Below are positions 9,365-18,890 of a stretch of DNA of 64,000 bases, piece by piece; position 1 is the stretch's first letter, and every line of letters starts with the position of its first letter. The position numbers were made by a program, and so were the translations under genes. This stretch comes from a bacterium (GTDB lineage Bacteria; Bacillota; Clostridia; Oscillospirales; Oscillospiraceae): contig CAVHYW010000007.1 of the NCBI GenBank assembly GCA_963640475.1, positions 561 through 64,560 of the forward strand, given 5' to 3'. The notes below the pieces were generated by a model. It was not told the DNA's origin. It did not search any database and saw only the letters and a program-made list of their open reading frames with translations.

Positions 9365-10135
9365 TTACTGCTCGGCGTACCGGGCCAGGAAGTGGCGGGT
9401 GCGCTCCTGCTGGGGATTGTCGATGACCTCGCGGGCCGGGCCCTGCTCCACAATGACGCCGCCGTCCATGAAGATCACCTGATCCGCCACATCGCGGGCG
9501 AAGGCCATCTCATGGGTGACGATTATCATGGTGGTGTGCTGCTGGGCAAGGCCCCGGATGACCTTCAGCACCTCACCGGTCAGCTCCGGGTCAAGGGCGG
9601 AGGTGGGCTCGTCGAAGCACAGGATATCCGGCTTCATGGCCAGTGCACGGGCAATGGCCACCCGCTGCTGCTGTCCGCCGGAGAGCTGATGGGGATAGTT
9701 CCCCATCCGGTCGGCAAGGCCCATCTTCTCCAGCAGCGCCTTGCCCTCCTCCAGAATGGCCGCTTCACTCTCTCCGGTCTTTTCCGTTTTCGCCATCAGC
9801 TTCCGGGCCAGCACCACGTTTTCCAGCGCCGTATACTGCGGGAACAGGTTGAAGCTCTGGAACACCAGGCCAAAGTGCAGCCGTTTCTTGCGGATGTCCG
9901 CCTCACGGCGTGTGGCAGGGTCGGCGGCGTCAAACAGCGTCTTACCCTGTACGGAGATCACGCCCTGATCCGGCGTCTCCAGAAAGTTCAGGCACCGCAA
10001 CAGCGTGGTCTTGCCGCTGCCGGAAGATCCTATGATGCTGAGTGCCTGCCCCTCCTCCAGAGAGAAGCTGATGTCCTTCAGCACGGGGGTATCGCCAAAG
10101 TGTTTTTCAATGTGCTCTACGTTTAAGATCGCCAT
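9365..10135 (-). CDS. Polar amino acid ABC transporter ATP-binding protein
   Basis: GSSGSGKT, LSGGQQQRVAIARAL, FDEPTSALDPEL, VTHEM. Confidence 0.95.
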   Translation of the reverse strand: MAILNVEHIEKHFGDTPVLKDISFSLEEGQALSIIGSSGSGKTTLLRCLNFLETPDQGVISVQGKTLFDAADPATRREADIRKKRLHFGLVFQSFNLFPQYTALENVVLARKLMAKTEKTGESEAAILEEGKALLEKMGLADRMGNYPHQLSGGQQQRVAIARALAMKPDILCFDEPTSALDPELTGEVLKVIRGLAQQHTTMIIVTHEMAFARDVADQVIFMDGGVIVEQGPAREVIDNPQQERTRHFLARYAEQ

Positions 10136-10147
10136 GGTGATACCTCC

Positions 10148-10804
10148 TTACTTGAAGTAGCTGAGCTTGCGCTCGATGTAGTTGAACAGCAGCGTCAGGA
10201 TGCCCACGAAGGCCAGATAGAATACGCCGGTATAGAACAGCGGCCATGTGATACCCTTGGACTTGATAAAGCTCTCGCCCATCTTGGTCAACTCCATGAT
10301 GGCGATGATCCTGGCAAGGGAGGTGTCCTTCACCAGCGTGATGATCTCGTTGGACATGGGGGGCACGATGCGCTTGACCATTTGCAGCAGCGTGACCTTG
10401 AAGAATATCTGGCTCTTCGTCATGCCCAGCACCTGACCGGCTTCCCGCTGTCCTACCGGCACGCCCTCGATGCCGCCCTTGTAGATGACGGCAAAGTAGC
10501 AGGCGTAGTTTATGACAAAGGCGATCACGCAGGCCGCCATGCGGCCGTCAGAAAAGTAGCCCCAGATGTTGTTGTTGAACCACTTACCGGGGCCGTAGAA
10601 AATGATGATAAGCTGCAGCATCAGCGGCGTGCCGCGGATGATCCAGACGATCACGTTAAACAGCCAGCTGACCGGCTTGCACCGGCTGCGCAGGGCAAAA
10701 GCGATCAACAAACCCAGCGGGAGAGAAAACAGCAGCGTCAGGAAAAAGATCTTCAAAAGCTCGCCCATACCCTGAAGCAGCGAGAGGGTGACGGTCCAGA
10801 ACAT
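10148..10804 (-). CDS. Polar amino acid ABC transporter permease
   Basis: IRGTPLMLQL, GQREAGQVLGM (EAA loop), LVKDTSL. Confidence 0.93.
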   Translation of the reverse strand: MFWTVTLSLLQGMGELLKIFFLTLLFSLPLGLLIAFALRSRCKPVSWLFNVIVWIIRGTPLMLQLIIIFYGPGKWFNNNIWGYFSDGRMAACVIAFVINYACYFAVIYKGGIEGVPVGQREAGQVLGMTKSQIFFKVTLLQMVKRIVPPMSNEIITLVKDTSLARIIAIMELTKMGESFIKSKGITWPLFYTGVFYLAFVGILTLLFNYIERKLSYFK

Positions 10805-10955
10805 GTAAAAACTCCTTTAATATATATAGTAGGGATCGTATTTATCGAAAAAGTAACAGAAATCGTCGATTCAAAAAGCCGCCCAAAGGCAGAGGACGTA
10901 TTCCGCCCTCTGCCATGGGAAACCTATCATAGCATACTTTTTTCCGCTTGGCAAC

Positions 10956-11768
10956 TCACTTGGTGATGACCACCTGCGCGTTGTTGCAGTAGGCGTTGGA
11001 GCACTCCATGGCTGCCATCACGCCCTCGGTCAGGGTCATGCCGTTCCACACCACGTCGATGTTCTTGCTGTCCAGCTCGTTGACCTTCATGTCCCAGTCA
11101 ATGACCACGAACTCGATCTCAACGCCCAGCTTCTCGGCCACCAGCTTGGCCATGTCGGCGTCAAAGCCGATCCAGTCGCCGTTGGCATCCTTGTAATCCA
11201 TGGGCTCGAACTCGGTGATACCAACGATCAGCTTGCCCTTGCCCTGAATGTAGGCCACATCACTGTCAGACTCGGAAGCCACGAACTCAACTGCGGTCTG
11301 CTCCACCAGAGACTCCTGCACGCCGTAAGTGGCGGCGATCTCCTGCATAGTACCGTCGGCATAGGCCTCAGCCAGCACACTGTTGATGTAGGAGGCCAGG
11401 TCGCTGCCCTTGCGGCAGCCAACGCCGTACAGCTCGGTGGTCAGCTTCTGGTCGGTGACCTTCAGGTCGGGATAGCTGGTGCCCTCGCCCACCATGGCGC
11501 CGGCCATCAGCAGGTCGATGATAGCGGCATCAGAGGTGCCGGCATCCACTTCCATCAGGGCGTCAGCCTGAGAAGCCACGGAGTTGATCTTCCAGCCCTT
11601 CTCGTTGGCCACTTCCTCACCGGCGCTGCCGGCTTCCACGGCGTAGGTCAGCTCAGCGGGAGTATCGCTGTTGTCGTCAGTGTTTGCATCGGGAGTTGCC
11701 TGATTACCGCAGGCTACCAGGCTCAGCGCCATCACCAGCGCCAGCATCATTGCCAAAAACTTTTTCAT
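10956..11768 (-). CDS. Amino acid ABC substrate-binding lipoprotein (SBP family 3), circularly permuted
   Basis: Lipobox LVAC; family-3 motifs present but the two halves are in reversed order (see findings). Confidence 0.88.
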   Translation of the reverse strand: MKKFLAMMLALVMALSLVACGNQATPDANTDDNSDTPAELTYAVEAGSAGEEVANEKGWKINSVASQADALMEVDAGTSDAAIIDLLMAGAMVGEGTSYPDLKVTDQKLTTELYGVGCRKGSDLASYINSVLAEAYADGTMQEIAATYGVQESLVEQTAVEFVASESDSDVAYIQGKGKLIVGITEFEPMDYKDANGDWIGFDADMAKLVAEKLGVEIEFVVIDWDMKVNELDSKNIDVVWNGMTLTEGVMAAMECSNAYCNNAQVVITK

Positions 11769-12049
11769 GTTACTTTTCTCCTTTTCGTTGGCGCCTTTTT
11801 TGTTGGCGTCTTTCTTTTGTTTTAGTATGGTAATACTCTACCACTTTACCACGCTAATGTAAAGTGTGAATGATGACAAAAGGCTCCTGATTTTCGGCAA
11901 TGCAATTCACAAATCTGACAAAACGCCCAGCCATGCTAATTCCAGCCATAACCTGTGAGAATTTTAAGCGTACTTCACGCAGAGCAAAATGGCCAACACG
12001 CCGGGAAATGTACCTTCCGGCGTGTTGGCCTGTCTCTACATGCAATTAT

Positions 12050-13084
12050 TTACCCCGCGGCGATCCAGGTAAGGGATAGAATGACAAATGCCGCAGCAGC
12101 CATCACAAGACTTACACCCCAAAGTATTGCCTTTTTAACGCGCTGCTGTCTGATACGAGGCACCTGTTGATCGTAGCGCAGGCTGTTTTCGCGTGTCCTG
12201 CCCACCAATACCTTGGAGTTGCGCACAGACACCGCTTGCAGGATCTCCTCCGCGCTGCGGCGGGCCGCATTGCCGGATAGCCGCAGCATGCAGTCCCGGC
12301 CATCGGTGGTCAGCAAATGCACATCCACCACACTGCCCTCATGCCAATAGACCCACAGCACATCCGTCAGGGGACGCGCCAGATCACTGTGTCTGCCGTA
12401 AATAAAAGTATCGCTCAGCCGTACAGCTGCGTGAAGGTCGCTCCGCGACCTTTGAAACTCGTACTCCGCCCGCTCCAGCAGGCCCTCCCTCTTCAGCCGT
12501 TTTATCTCTTTTGCGAACTGCACGGAAAGTACCGCGCTCTGGAGCAGGAGGATCACCGCGACGGTAAAGGCCGCTGCCGCGCCTGTCAGAAAACCGTTGT
12601 CCATGTCGGCAGGCGTCATGACGGCGTCTATATAGTAGTCGCCGTAATACGCGATATATTCCTCGACAGTCGTGCCGTCTACCTCCGCAAGATCAGGAAT
12701 ATACCGCTTAGGCACTGTGCAAAGCACGCCGGTCAGGTGAACAGGCGCAGGCGGCTCGTCAGATATATCCGCAAATCGTGCGTACTGCGCATCGCTCAGC
12801 CGTACCAGATAGACATAGCCATCAGCATCTCCGGCGAAGTAAAAGACCTTCTCGCTGCCGCTTCTGTCTGTCACCCGATAGACCCAGTCGGTCATATCCA
12901 CCACATCGATATAGCTGTAATCCCCGGGCTGCTCCTCCCCTACCAGCAGCGGCGAAGGCTCCATCGCTTCCCTGTACCTCTGTACCTGCACAGCTTTTAC
13001 TATACAGCATATGGCGATGACCATACACGCGGCAGTGATCCACCACCATCCGACGGAGTGCTTGACATAGCGCTGCATTTCCAT
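12050..13084 (-). CDS. Hypothetical membrane protein (about 3 TM segments)
   Basis: 344-aa ORF with GGAGG RBS and hydrophobic N-terminal, central and C-terminal segments; hairpin at 11991-12030 downstream. Confidence 0.7.
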   Translation of the reverse strand: MEMQRYVKHSVGWWWITAACMVIAICCIVKAVQVQRYREAMEPSPLLVGEEQPGDYSYIDVVDMTDWVYRVTDRSGSEKVFYFAGDADGYVYLVRLSDAQYARFADISDEPPAPVHLTGVLCTVPKRYIPDLAEVDGTTVEEYIAYYGDYYIDAVMTPADMDNGFLTGAAAAFTVAVILLLQSAVLSVQFAKEIKRLKREGLLERAEYEFQRSRSDLHAAVRLSDTFIYGRHSDLARPLTDVLWVYWHEGSVVDVHLLTTDGRDCMLRLSGNAARRSAEEILQAVSVRNSKVLVGRTRENSLRYDQQVPRIRQQRVKKAILWGVSLVMAAAAFVILSLTWIAAG

Positions 13085-13262
13085 GATCGTTCTTCCCTCC
13101 CAGCTCTTTATATATTATATCAAAAGCACCGTCAAGCGGCAAGAATTTCTCCTGCCGGACAGGAATATTCCATGATCTCCGCCCGGAAGGTTGCTTTTTT
13201 CCTCTATCAGCGGTATCATGATCGTATTAAGCGTTAAAAATCACCACGCAGGAGGACAACTG

Positions 13263-13673
13263 ATGATCCGCGATATCTGTAAGGACGAAGCATTTTTGGC
13301 CCGGAAGGCCGAGCCGGCCACGATGGACGATCTTGGCACGGCGCAGGATCTGCTGGACACGCTGGCCGCCCACAAGGAGGGCTGCGTGGGCATGGCCGCC
13401 AACATGATCGGCGTCAACAAACGCATCATCGCTTTTGATGACGATGGGAGGTATCAGGTCATGTTCAACCCCGTCATCGTGAAGCGCGACCGCCCCTATG
13501 AGGCCGAGGAGGGCTGCCTGTCTCTCACCGGCCGCCGGAAGACGAAGCGGTTCCAGACCATCAAGGTACAGTGGCAGAACGAAAAGCTCCAGACCCGGCT
13601 CAAGACCTTCACCGGCTGGACAGCGGAGATCATCCAGCATGAGATCGACCATTGCGAGGGGGTATTGATATGA
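13263..13673 (+). CDS. def: Peptide deformylase (short, variant motif 1)
   Basis: CVGMAANMIG, EGCLS, QHEIDH; GGAGG RBS. Confidence 0.85.
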   Translation: MIRDICKDEAFLARKAEPATMDDLGTAQDLLDTLAAHKEGCVGMAANMIGVNKRIIAFDDDGRYQVMFNPVIVKRDRPYEAEEGCLSLTGRRKTKRFQTIKVQWQNEKLQTRLKTFTGWTAEIIQHEIDHCEGVLI

Positions 13674-14419
13674 TCCTGTATTTCTCCGGCACCGGCAACA
13701 GCAAATATGTGGCCCTGCGCTTGGCGGACGCACTGGGCGAGCCGCTTTGCAGCATGAACGGCCGCATCAAATCGGGTGACACCACCCCGGTGGAGACCGG
13801 TAAGCGGCTCATCATCGTCACCCCCACCTACGCATGGCGTATTCCCCGGATCGTGCGGGAGTGGCTGTTGAGCACGGTGCTGACCGGCGCAAAGCAGGCG
13901 TGGTTCGTCATGACCTGCGGCAGCGAGATCGGCAATGCCGGCAAGTACAACCACGCACTCTGTCAGGAGAAGGGACTTACCTGCATGGGCACGGCGCAGA
14001 TCATCATGCCGGAGAACTATATCGCCATGTTCGACGCCCCACAGGCAGCGGAAGCCCGACAGATCGTAGCCAAGGCAGAGCCGGACATTGACCGGGCCAT
14101 CGCCGCCATCGCGGCGGGAGAGCAATTCCCGCCCACTCGCAATAACCTCTACGACCGCTTCATGAGCGGTCCGGTGAATCCCATCTTCTATTCCTGCTTC
14201 GTCAAGGCGAAGGCCTTCACCGCTTCGGACGCCTGCGTCGGCTGCGGCCAGTGCGCGGAGCGCTGTCCCATGAACAACATCATGCTGCAAAACGAACGGC
14301 CCCTCTGGGGCGGCAGCTGCACCCACTGCATGGCCTGCATCTGCTACTGTCCCACGGAAGCCATCGAATACGGCAAAAAGAGTCCCGGCAAGCCGCGCTA
14401 TCATTACGAGACCCTGTAA
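13670..14419 (+). CDS. EFR1-family flavodoxin-ferredoxin fusion
   Basis: YFSGTGNS flavodoxin loop plus two CxxCxxCxxxCP 4Fe-4S motifs. Confidence 0.88.
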   Translation: MILYFSGTGNSKYVALRLADALGEPLCSMNGRIKSGDTTPVETGKRLIIVTPTYAWRIPRIVREWLLSTVLTGAKQAWFVMTCGSEIGNAGKYNHALCQEKGLTCMGTAQIIMPENYIAMFDAPQAAEARQIVAKAEPDIDRAIAAIAAGEQFPPTRNNLYDRFMSGPVNPIFYSCFVKAKAFTASDACVGCGQCAERCPMNNIMLQNERPLWGGSCTHCMACICYCPTEAIEYGKKSPGKPRYHYETL

Positions 14420-14431
14420 ATCACCCGACAT

Positions 14432-14468
14432 AAAAAGACACGCTGTACTGACGTACAGCGTGTCTTTT
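14432..14468. terminator. Bidirectional intrinsic terminator
   Basis: aaaagacacgctgtac-tgac-gtacagcgtgtctttt between convergent genes. Confidence 0.75.
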
Positions 14469-14494
14469 CAGGAGAGGCGGCTTTACCGCTATTG

Positions 14495-15826
14495 TCAATG
14501 CTCCTCGGTGGGACTGTGGAAGGTCTGTCCCGAGCGGGAGCGGGAACGGGTAAACAAACTAGGCAGCGCGGCGATCAGGCCGAACACCACGGCGGGAACG
14601 ACCCATGCCAGTCCCAGACTGTACAGGGGCAGGTACTCCACGAAGGTCAGGGCCACGCCATAGGTGTGCAGGGTGCACAGCACGCTGGTCACCAGCGCGC
14701 CGATGACGGCGCAGCGGCTGACGCGGTCAGGCGCATGGGGAACGATCAGGGCAATGAAGATCAGCACCAGCGTGGGGGGATACACCACATCCAGCACGGG
14801 GGAGGCCACGGCCACGATGCGATCCAGACCCAGATTGGACACCACGGCGCTGAACACGCAAATGGCGATCACGAACGCCTTGTAGGGCACCTTGCCGCGA
14901 CACAGCTCAGAGAAGTAGGCGGCAGCGGAGCTGGTCAGGGCCACGGCGGTGGTCACACAGGCCAGACCCACGACCACACCGAACAATACCATGCCTACCT
15001 TGCCCATCAGGCCCTCGACGATGACCATGGTCAGCTGGGCGCGGCCGATCTCGGCGCCGGTATACTGGGTGGAAACGGTAGCGCCCAGATAGGCAAGGCC
15101 CATATACACCGCCAGCAGCAGCACACCTGCCAGCAGCGCGGAGCCGCCCACGATACGCAGCTTGGATTTATTGCCGGAGTAGCCCTTGCTGGCAGCGCTC
15201 TGCAATACGATGATGCCGAAGGGCAGGGCCGCCAGCGCGTCCATGGTCTGGTAACCGGCCTTGATGCCGGTGACGGCCACGTTGTTGATCTGGGGCAGAG
15301 CCGCGATATCGCCCAGCGGCGTCACGACGCCCTTGATGATGATGGCAAACAGACCCACCAGCAGCAGCGGGGTCAGGATCTTACCCACGATATCCACCAC
15401 GGCGGATTCCTTGATGCACAGCGCAAGGATCACCGCGAAAAAGATCACGGAGAACACCACCGGAGACACGCCGGAAATGTTGGGAGCGATGGCCATTTCA
15501 TAGGTGCTGGCGGAGGTACGAGGGATGGCCACCATGGGACCGATGCACAGGATGATGGCGCACATCAGGATCTCCGCAGGCACGCGGCCTACGCGGTGCA
15601 GCACGGCCTCGCTGCTGCCCACGCGGAGCAGTGCGAACATACCCAGCAGCGCCAGACCGATATCCGCCACAAAGTAGGTGACAAAGCCGGTGATCCACTC
15701 AGGGCCGGCTTCCAATCCCAAATAGGGAGGGAACACCACGTTTCCCGCACCGAAAAACATGGAAAACAGCGCGAAACCGATGACGATCACGTCCCGAACT
15801 GCACTTTTTTTCTTTTGCATACTCAT
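14495..15826 (-). CDS. brnQ: Branched-chain amino acid carrier (LIVCS)
   Basis: GFALFSMFFGAGNVVFPP, AIPRT, GYQTMDALAA, LACVTTA. Confidence 0.93.
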   Translation of the reverse strand: MSMQKKKSAVRDVIVIGFALFSMFFGAGNVVFPPYLGLEAGPEWITGFVTYFVADIGLALLGMFALLRVGSSEAVLHRVGRVPAEILMCAIILCIGPMVAIPRTSASTYEMAIAPNISGVSPVVFSVIFFAVILALCIKESAVVDIVGKILTPLLLVGLFAIIIKGVVTPLGDIAALPQINNVAVTGIKAGYQTMDALAALPFGIIVLQSAASKGYSGNKSKLRIVGGSALLAGVLLLAVYMGLAYLGATVSTQYTGAEIGRAQLTMVIVEGLMGKVGMVLFGVVVGLACVTTAVALTSSAAAYFSELCRGKVPYKAFVIAICVFSAVVSNLGLDRIVAVASPVLDVVYPPTLVLIFIALIVPHAPDRVSRCAVIGALVTSVLCTLHTYGVALTFVEYLPLYSLGLAWVVPAVVFGLIAALPSLFTRSRSRSGQTFHSPTEEH

Positions 15827-16096
15827 ACCTTTCTCCTCGTTACACTTTCCTCTTCCGCGAAATCAACACAGTGTCATGCATTCCGCTCATATAGAGTAAC
15901 ATTTTTTTCATGACTTGAGAATTGAGCGTAATTCATCGGGTCATGAAAAAGACTTATGGCTCTCACAAATTTTACAAATTTTACCAAAATATTGACGGAT
16001 AATTCACAGAATTGTCATTGAAGAGGCCGCTTTCTTGTGCTATATTTATAACTGTTTGAAAGTGTTTTTGTATAAATCGCAGAAAGCGAGGTTCCT

Positions 16097-16963
16097 ATGG
16101 ATGACAACAAGCTGCGGGCCGTGCTGACCGCCGTGCAATGCGGCAGCTTCGGCAAGGCTGCCGCGCAGCTGGGATATACACAATCCGCCATGACCCATCT
16201 GGTCAATAAGCTGGAGGCGGAGCTGGGCTGCACGCTGCTGACCCGCAGCAGCCACGGCGTTCGCCTGTCGGAGGAGGGCCAGCACCTGCTGCCCTATATC
16301 AATCAGGTGATCTCCGCCTGCGACGCGCTGCGCGGCGAGGCGCAGGTGCAGGGCGAGCTGTATGGCCGTGCCCTGACCATCGGCTGCTTCGCCAGCATTG
16401 CCCGCGCCCGTCTGCCGGAGCTGCTGAGCAAGTTCCGCAAGCTGCATCCGGAGATCAAGGTAGACGTGCTGGTGCAGGGCAATGAGCTGGCCGAAGCGCT
16501 GGAGCAGGACAAGATTCAGCTGGCACTGGTGGACGAGGCCTGCGGCAAGGGCTTCCACTGGACGCCGCTGACAGACGCGCCGCTGATCGCGGTGGTGCCG
16601 CCGGACTTCCCGTGGACGGAGGAGACCATCTCGCTGGAACGGCTGCTGCAAGAGCCGTTCCTGTCCAGCCCCGAACAGTATATTGAGCCGCTGCTGCCGC
16701 CGGACGCGCCGCGCCTGACGGTAACGGCATCGGATGACGGCGCCATCCTCTCCATGGTGGCAGGCGGTCTGGGCGTATCGGTGCTGTCCGCCTTCTCTCT
16801 GGAGGGCTATGAGGGCCGCGTGCGTGCCATCCCGCTGGACACGCCGGTATCCCGTCGTCTGGGCGCAGCGGTCAAGACGCTGCCCGCCGCCAATACCGCC
16901 GCCCGCACGTTTCTCACCTTCCTGAAACGCCAATACAGCGGCCGTCTTTCTTCTGTCGAATAA
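16097..16963 (+). CDS. LysR-family transcriptional regulator, divergent from brnQ
   Basis: GSFGKAAAQLGYTQSAMTHLVNKLEAELG HTH. Confidence 0.92.
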   Translation: MDDNKLRAVLTAVQCGSFGKAAAQLGYTQSAMTHLVNKLEAELGCTLLTRSSHGVRLSEEGQHLLPYINQVISACDALRGEAQVQGELYGRALTIGCFASIARARLPELLSKFRKLHPEIKVDVLVQGNELAEALEQDKIQLALVDEACGKGFHWTPLTDAPLIAVVPPDFPWTEETISLERLLQEPFLSSPEQYIEPLLPPDAPRLTVTASDDGAILSMVAGGLGVSVLSAFSLEGYEGRVRAIPLDTPVSRRLGAAVKTLPAANTAARTFLTFLKRQYSGRLSSVE

Positions 16964-16966
16964 CGC

Positions 16967-17000
16967 AAAGAAGCGCCATCCTCACGGATGGCGCTTCTTT
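16967..17000. terminator. Bidirectional intrinsic terminator
   Basis: aaagaagcgccatcc-tcac-ggatggcgcttcttt. Confidence 0.75.
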
Positions 17001-17010
17001 GCGTTATGTT

Positions 17011-17379
17011 TTATTCGTTGGGCGTTACCACGCCGGAGACGTCCACGGGCTTGCCGTCCCGCCACAGGCGCTCCAGACCGTAGAACTCACGGGCCTCGGC
17101 GTTAAAGACATGCACGGCGATGCAGCCGTAGTCCAGCAGCACCCACGTACCGCCGCGATAACCCTCGCGGTGCAGAGGCTGCTCACCGGCCTCCTCCAGC
17201 ATCACCTTTTCCACGTTGTCCACCAGCGCGTTGATCTGGGTATTGCTGGAACCGGTGGCGATGACAAAGTAATCCGCCAGCGTGGTCAGCTCGCCGATCT
17301 CCAGCACCTGAATTTCCCGGCCCTTCTTATCGCTGAGGGCTTTGGCCGCCAGCAGGGCCATTTCCTTAGGCTCTTTCAT
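17011..17379 (-). CDS. rsfS: Ribosome silencing factor
   Basis: ALSDKKG, ADYFVIATG, WVLLDYG, REFYGLERLW. Confidence 0.95.
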   Translation of the reverse strand: MKEPKEMALLAAKALSDKKGREIQVLEIGELTTLADYFVIATGSSNTQINALVDNVEKVMLEEAGEQPLHREGYRGGTWVLLDYGCIAVHVFNAEAREFYGLERLWRDGKPVDVSGVVTPNE

Positions 17380-18578
17380 ATGGTCACTCCTTTTTCAATG
17401 AGATAGTCTCTTGCGTCCAATGTATCGTGGTGTACGGGATTGCCCATGCCCTCCATCTCGTCGATGGTCATGGTAAGGCCCAGCAGCAGTCCACGGTCAA
17501 TGTCATCATAGACCGCTTCCCGCAGGCGCACCACATCGGGATCGTTGGCAAACTCCCGGCTTGGCTCGATGTAATCGGCCAGATACAATATCTTCTCCAT
17601 CAGGCTCATGCCCGCCCGGCCGGTGGTGTGGTACAGAATGGCCTCGTACACCTCGTCATCCACGCCGTACACATGGCGTGCGATGGCCGCGCCGGTCTTG
17701 GCGTGCAGCAGCTTCAATGCCTTTTGCTCCAATGGGTCGAGCCGGATGCCGTACCGTTCGCACAGCGCCAGCTGCTCCGCCATGTCCAGCTTCTTGGTGC
17801 AGTCGTGAAGCAAGCCCGCCACACGGGCCTTGGTCTCGTCCGCGCCGAAGCGGCGGGCAAGCTTCGCCGCCTCCGCCGCCGTACCCAGCACATGGGGCAT
17901 CCGCTTTGGCTTGAGGTAGCTCATGGCGATGGGCCGCAGCGCCTCCACCGTCAGGTGCTTCAGATCGGCGGTCGTGCCGTACAAATGCTCCCGCTGAATA
18001 TAGCCCCACACGGCTTCCGGCACAAGGTCACTCCCCTGCCCCGCCGCCAGCGCGGTACGGACATCGGTGGAGGACAGCTCGATGAGCTCCGGATTGTCCA
18101 GCAGCATCACATTCGCCTGATACTGCTCCTCCAGCAGCGCCTTCTGCCGCGCCATGGCGGCGCGGATATCCTCCTCCACACGGCTGAAGGTGGCAATGTG
18201 CGCCAATTCACAGATGACCTCCGGCTCATGCCATGTGTGGAGGGACAGGAACATGTCCGATCCCATCAGCAGCCACAGCTCCGCGTCGGGATACTGCTCG
18301 CGCAGGGCGCGCAGCGTGTCGCTGGTGTAGCTTTTGCCGGTGCGGCGCAGCTCGATGTCGCTGGCCCCGGCCACAGGGCCGATGGGCGCAGCCATCAGCG
18401 CCGCCATGTCGTACCGCTGCTGCGCCGTCACGCCGGACGGCAGCGGCTTATGGGGCGGCACATTGTCCGGTATCAGCAGCAGCTTGTCCAGTCCCAGCTG
18501 CGCTACGGCGGCACGGGCCATGGTCACATGGCCGTTATGGGGCGGGTTGAACGTCCCGCCGAATATGCCGATCCTCAT
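17376..18578 (-). CDS. nadD: Nicotinate-nucleotide adenylyltransferase fused to YqeK HD-domain (Ap4A hydrolase-type) protein
   Basis: GGTFNPPHNGH, PPHK, LSSTDVR; C-terminal GLLHDCTK, HTTG, LADYIEP. Confidence 0.92.
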   Translation of the reverse strand: MRIGIFGGTFNPPHNGHVTMARAAVAQLGLDKLLLIPDNVPPHKPLPSGVTAQQRYDMAALMAAPIGPVAGASDIELRRTGKSYTSDTLRALREQYPDAELWLLMGSDMFLSLHTWHEPEVICELAHIATFSRVEEDIRAAMARQKALLEEQYQANVMLLDNPELIELSSTDVRTALAAGQGSDLVPEAVWGYIQREHLYGTTADLKHLTVEALRPIAMSYLKPKRMPHVLGTAAEAAKLARRFGADETKARVAGLLHDCTKKLDMAEQLALCERYGIRLDPLEQKALKLLHAKTGAAIARHVYGVDDEVYEAILYHTTGRAGMSLMEKILYLADYIEPSREFANDPDVVRLREAVYDDIDRGLLLGLTMTIDEMEGMGNPVHHDTLDARDYLIEKGVTI

Positions 18579-18889
18579 GCCTGCTTCGCCTTTACCAGCT
18601 GGATCTTCCGCTTCTCCTTGTTGTGCTGATAGCGGTACAGCACGAACTTGCTGCCGATGACCTGCACCACCTCGCTGCGGGTGGCCACAGCCAGCTCCTC
18701 CGCCGCCTCGCGGGCGGTATACATGCTGTTTTCCAGCACCCGGCCCTTGATGAGTTCGCGGGCCTCCAGCGCGTCGTTGGCCTGCTTCACCAGATTGTCG
18801 CCGATGCCGTCCTTGCCCACATGGAGTATGGTATCCATGGTGGCGGCCATTCCCCGCAGCTGGGCACGCTGCTTACTTGTCAGTTCCAT
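18575..18889 (-). CDS. yhbY: YhbY/CRM-domain RNA-binding protein
   Basis: LTSKQRAQLRG, VGKDG, LEARELIKG, VVQVIG. Confidence 0.93.
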   Translation of the reverse strand: MELTSKQRAQLRGMAATMDTILHVGKDGIGDNLVKQANDALEARELIKGRVLENSMYTAREAAEELAVATRSEVVQVIGSKFVLYRYQHNKEKRKIQLVKAKQA

Positions 18890-18890
18890 A

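Noticed and set aside
11770..11960. T-box or amino-acid riboswitch upstream of the ABC operon
   Set aside because: No T-box consensus (GGTGGNACCGCG) or other recognisable aptamer seen.
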